Positions 59,125 to 64,000 of a DNA stretch of 64,000 bases are shown here, one piece after another. Every line of letters begins with the position of its first letter. Position 1 is the stretch's first letter. The position numbers were made by a program, and so were the translations under genes. This DNA is from an uncultured Mycoplasmatota bacterium (GTDB taxonomy: Bacteria; Bacillota_I; Bacilli_A; RF39; UBA660): assembly GCA_900543825.1 (NCBI GenBank), contig UQSR01000001.1, positions 7,810 through 71,809 of the forward strand, written 5' to 3'. The notes under the pieces were generated by a model. The model had not been told where the DNA came from, made no database searches, and saw only the letters and a program-made list of their open reading frames with translations.

Positions 59125-64000
<4,876 letters not shown>

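Overview
The window is a very AT-rich, standard-code (TGA = stop) chromosomal segment of a low-GC, endospore-forming Firmicute. Sporulation genes are present: yabG, veg, spoVG, yabP, yabQ, divIC, spoIVA and spoVIF. It is almost entirely core housekeeping. Recognisable genes include a dinB 3' end, tex, tRNA-Gly, ybaK, uvsE, rpsF-ssb-rpsR, rplI-dnaB, an M23 peptidase, walJ-like MBL, rlmH, ksgA, ftsH, tilS, tyrS with a T-box leader, prfA-prmC, a class A PBP, argS, rpoE (delta), hup, der, engB, an LCP protein, rluA, hsp20, gatCAB, tRNA-Asn, secE-nusG-rplKAJL, a ybxB-like methyltransferase, rpoB and the 5' part of rpoC. Gene order is strongly compacted relative to Bacillus. The non-core content is modest. 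There is a decayed integrase remnant next to tRNA-Gly. Two tandem stand-alone DUF2229 (acyl-CoA dehydratase/activase-related) paralogues follow rpoE. An operon of two paralogous polytopic membrane proteins plus an XRE-HTH/S24-peptidase (LexA/CI-like) repressor is preceded by conspicuous inverted repeats. There are also several ORFans: a 667-aa N/D/K-rich protein, a divergent unknown pair at 7.7-9.5 kb, an HExxH pair, and an HMA-like CxxC protein plus a secreted protein after rplL flanked by a duplicated 20-nt motif. I saw no CRISPR array, intact prophage or obvious defence island. Start codons were refined by eye from RBS and N-terminal homology where stated.
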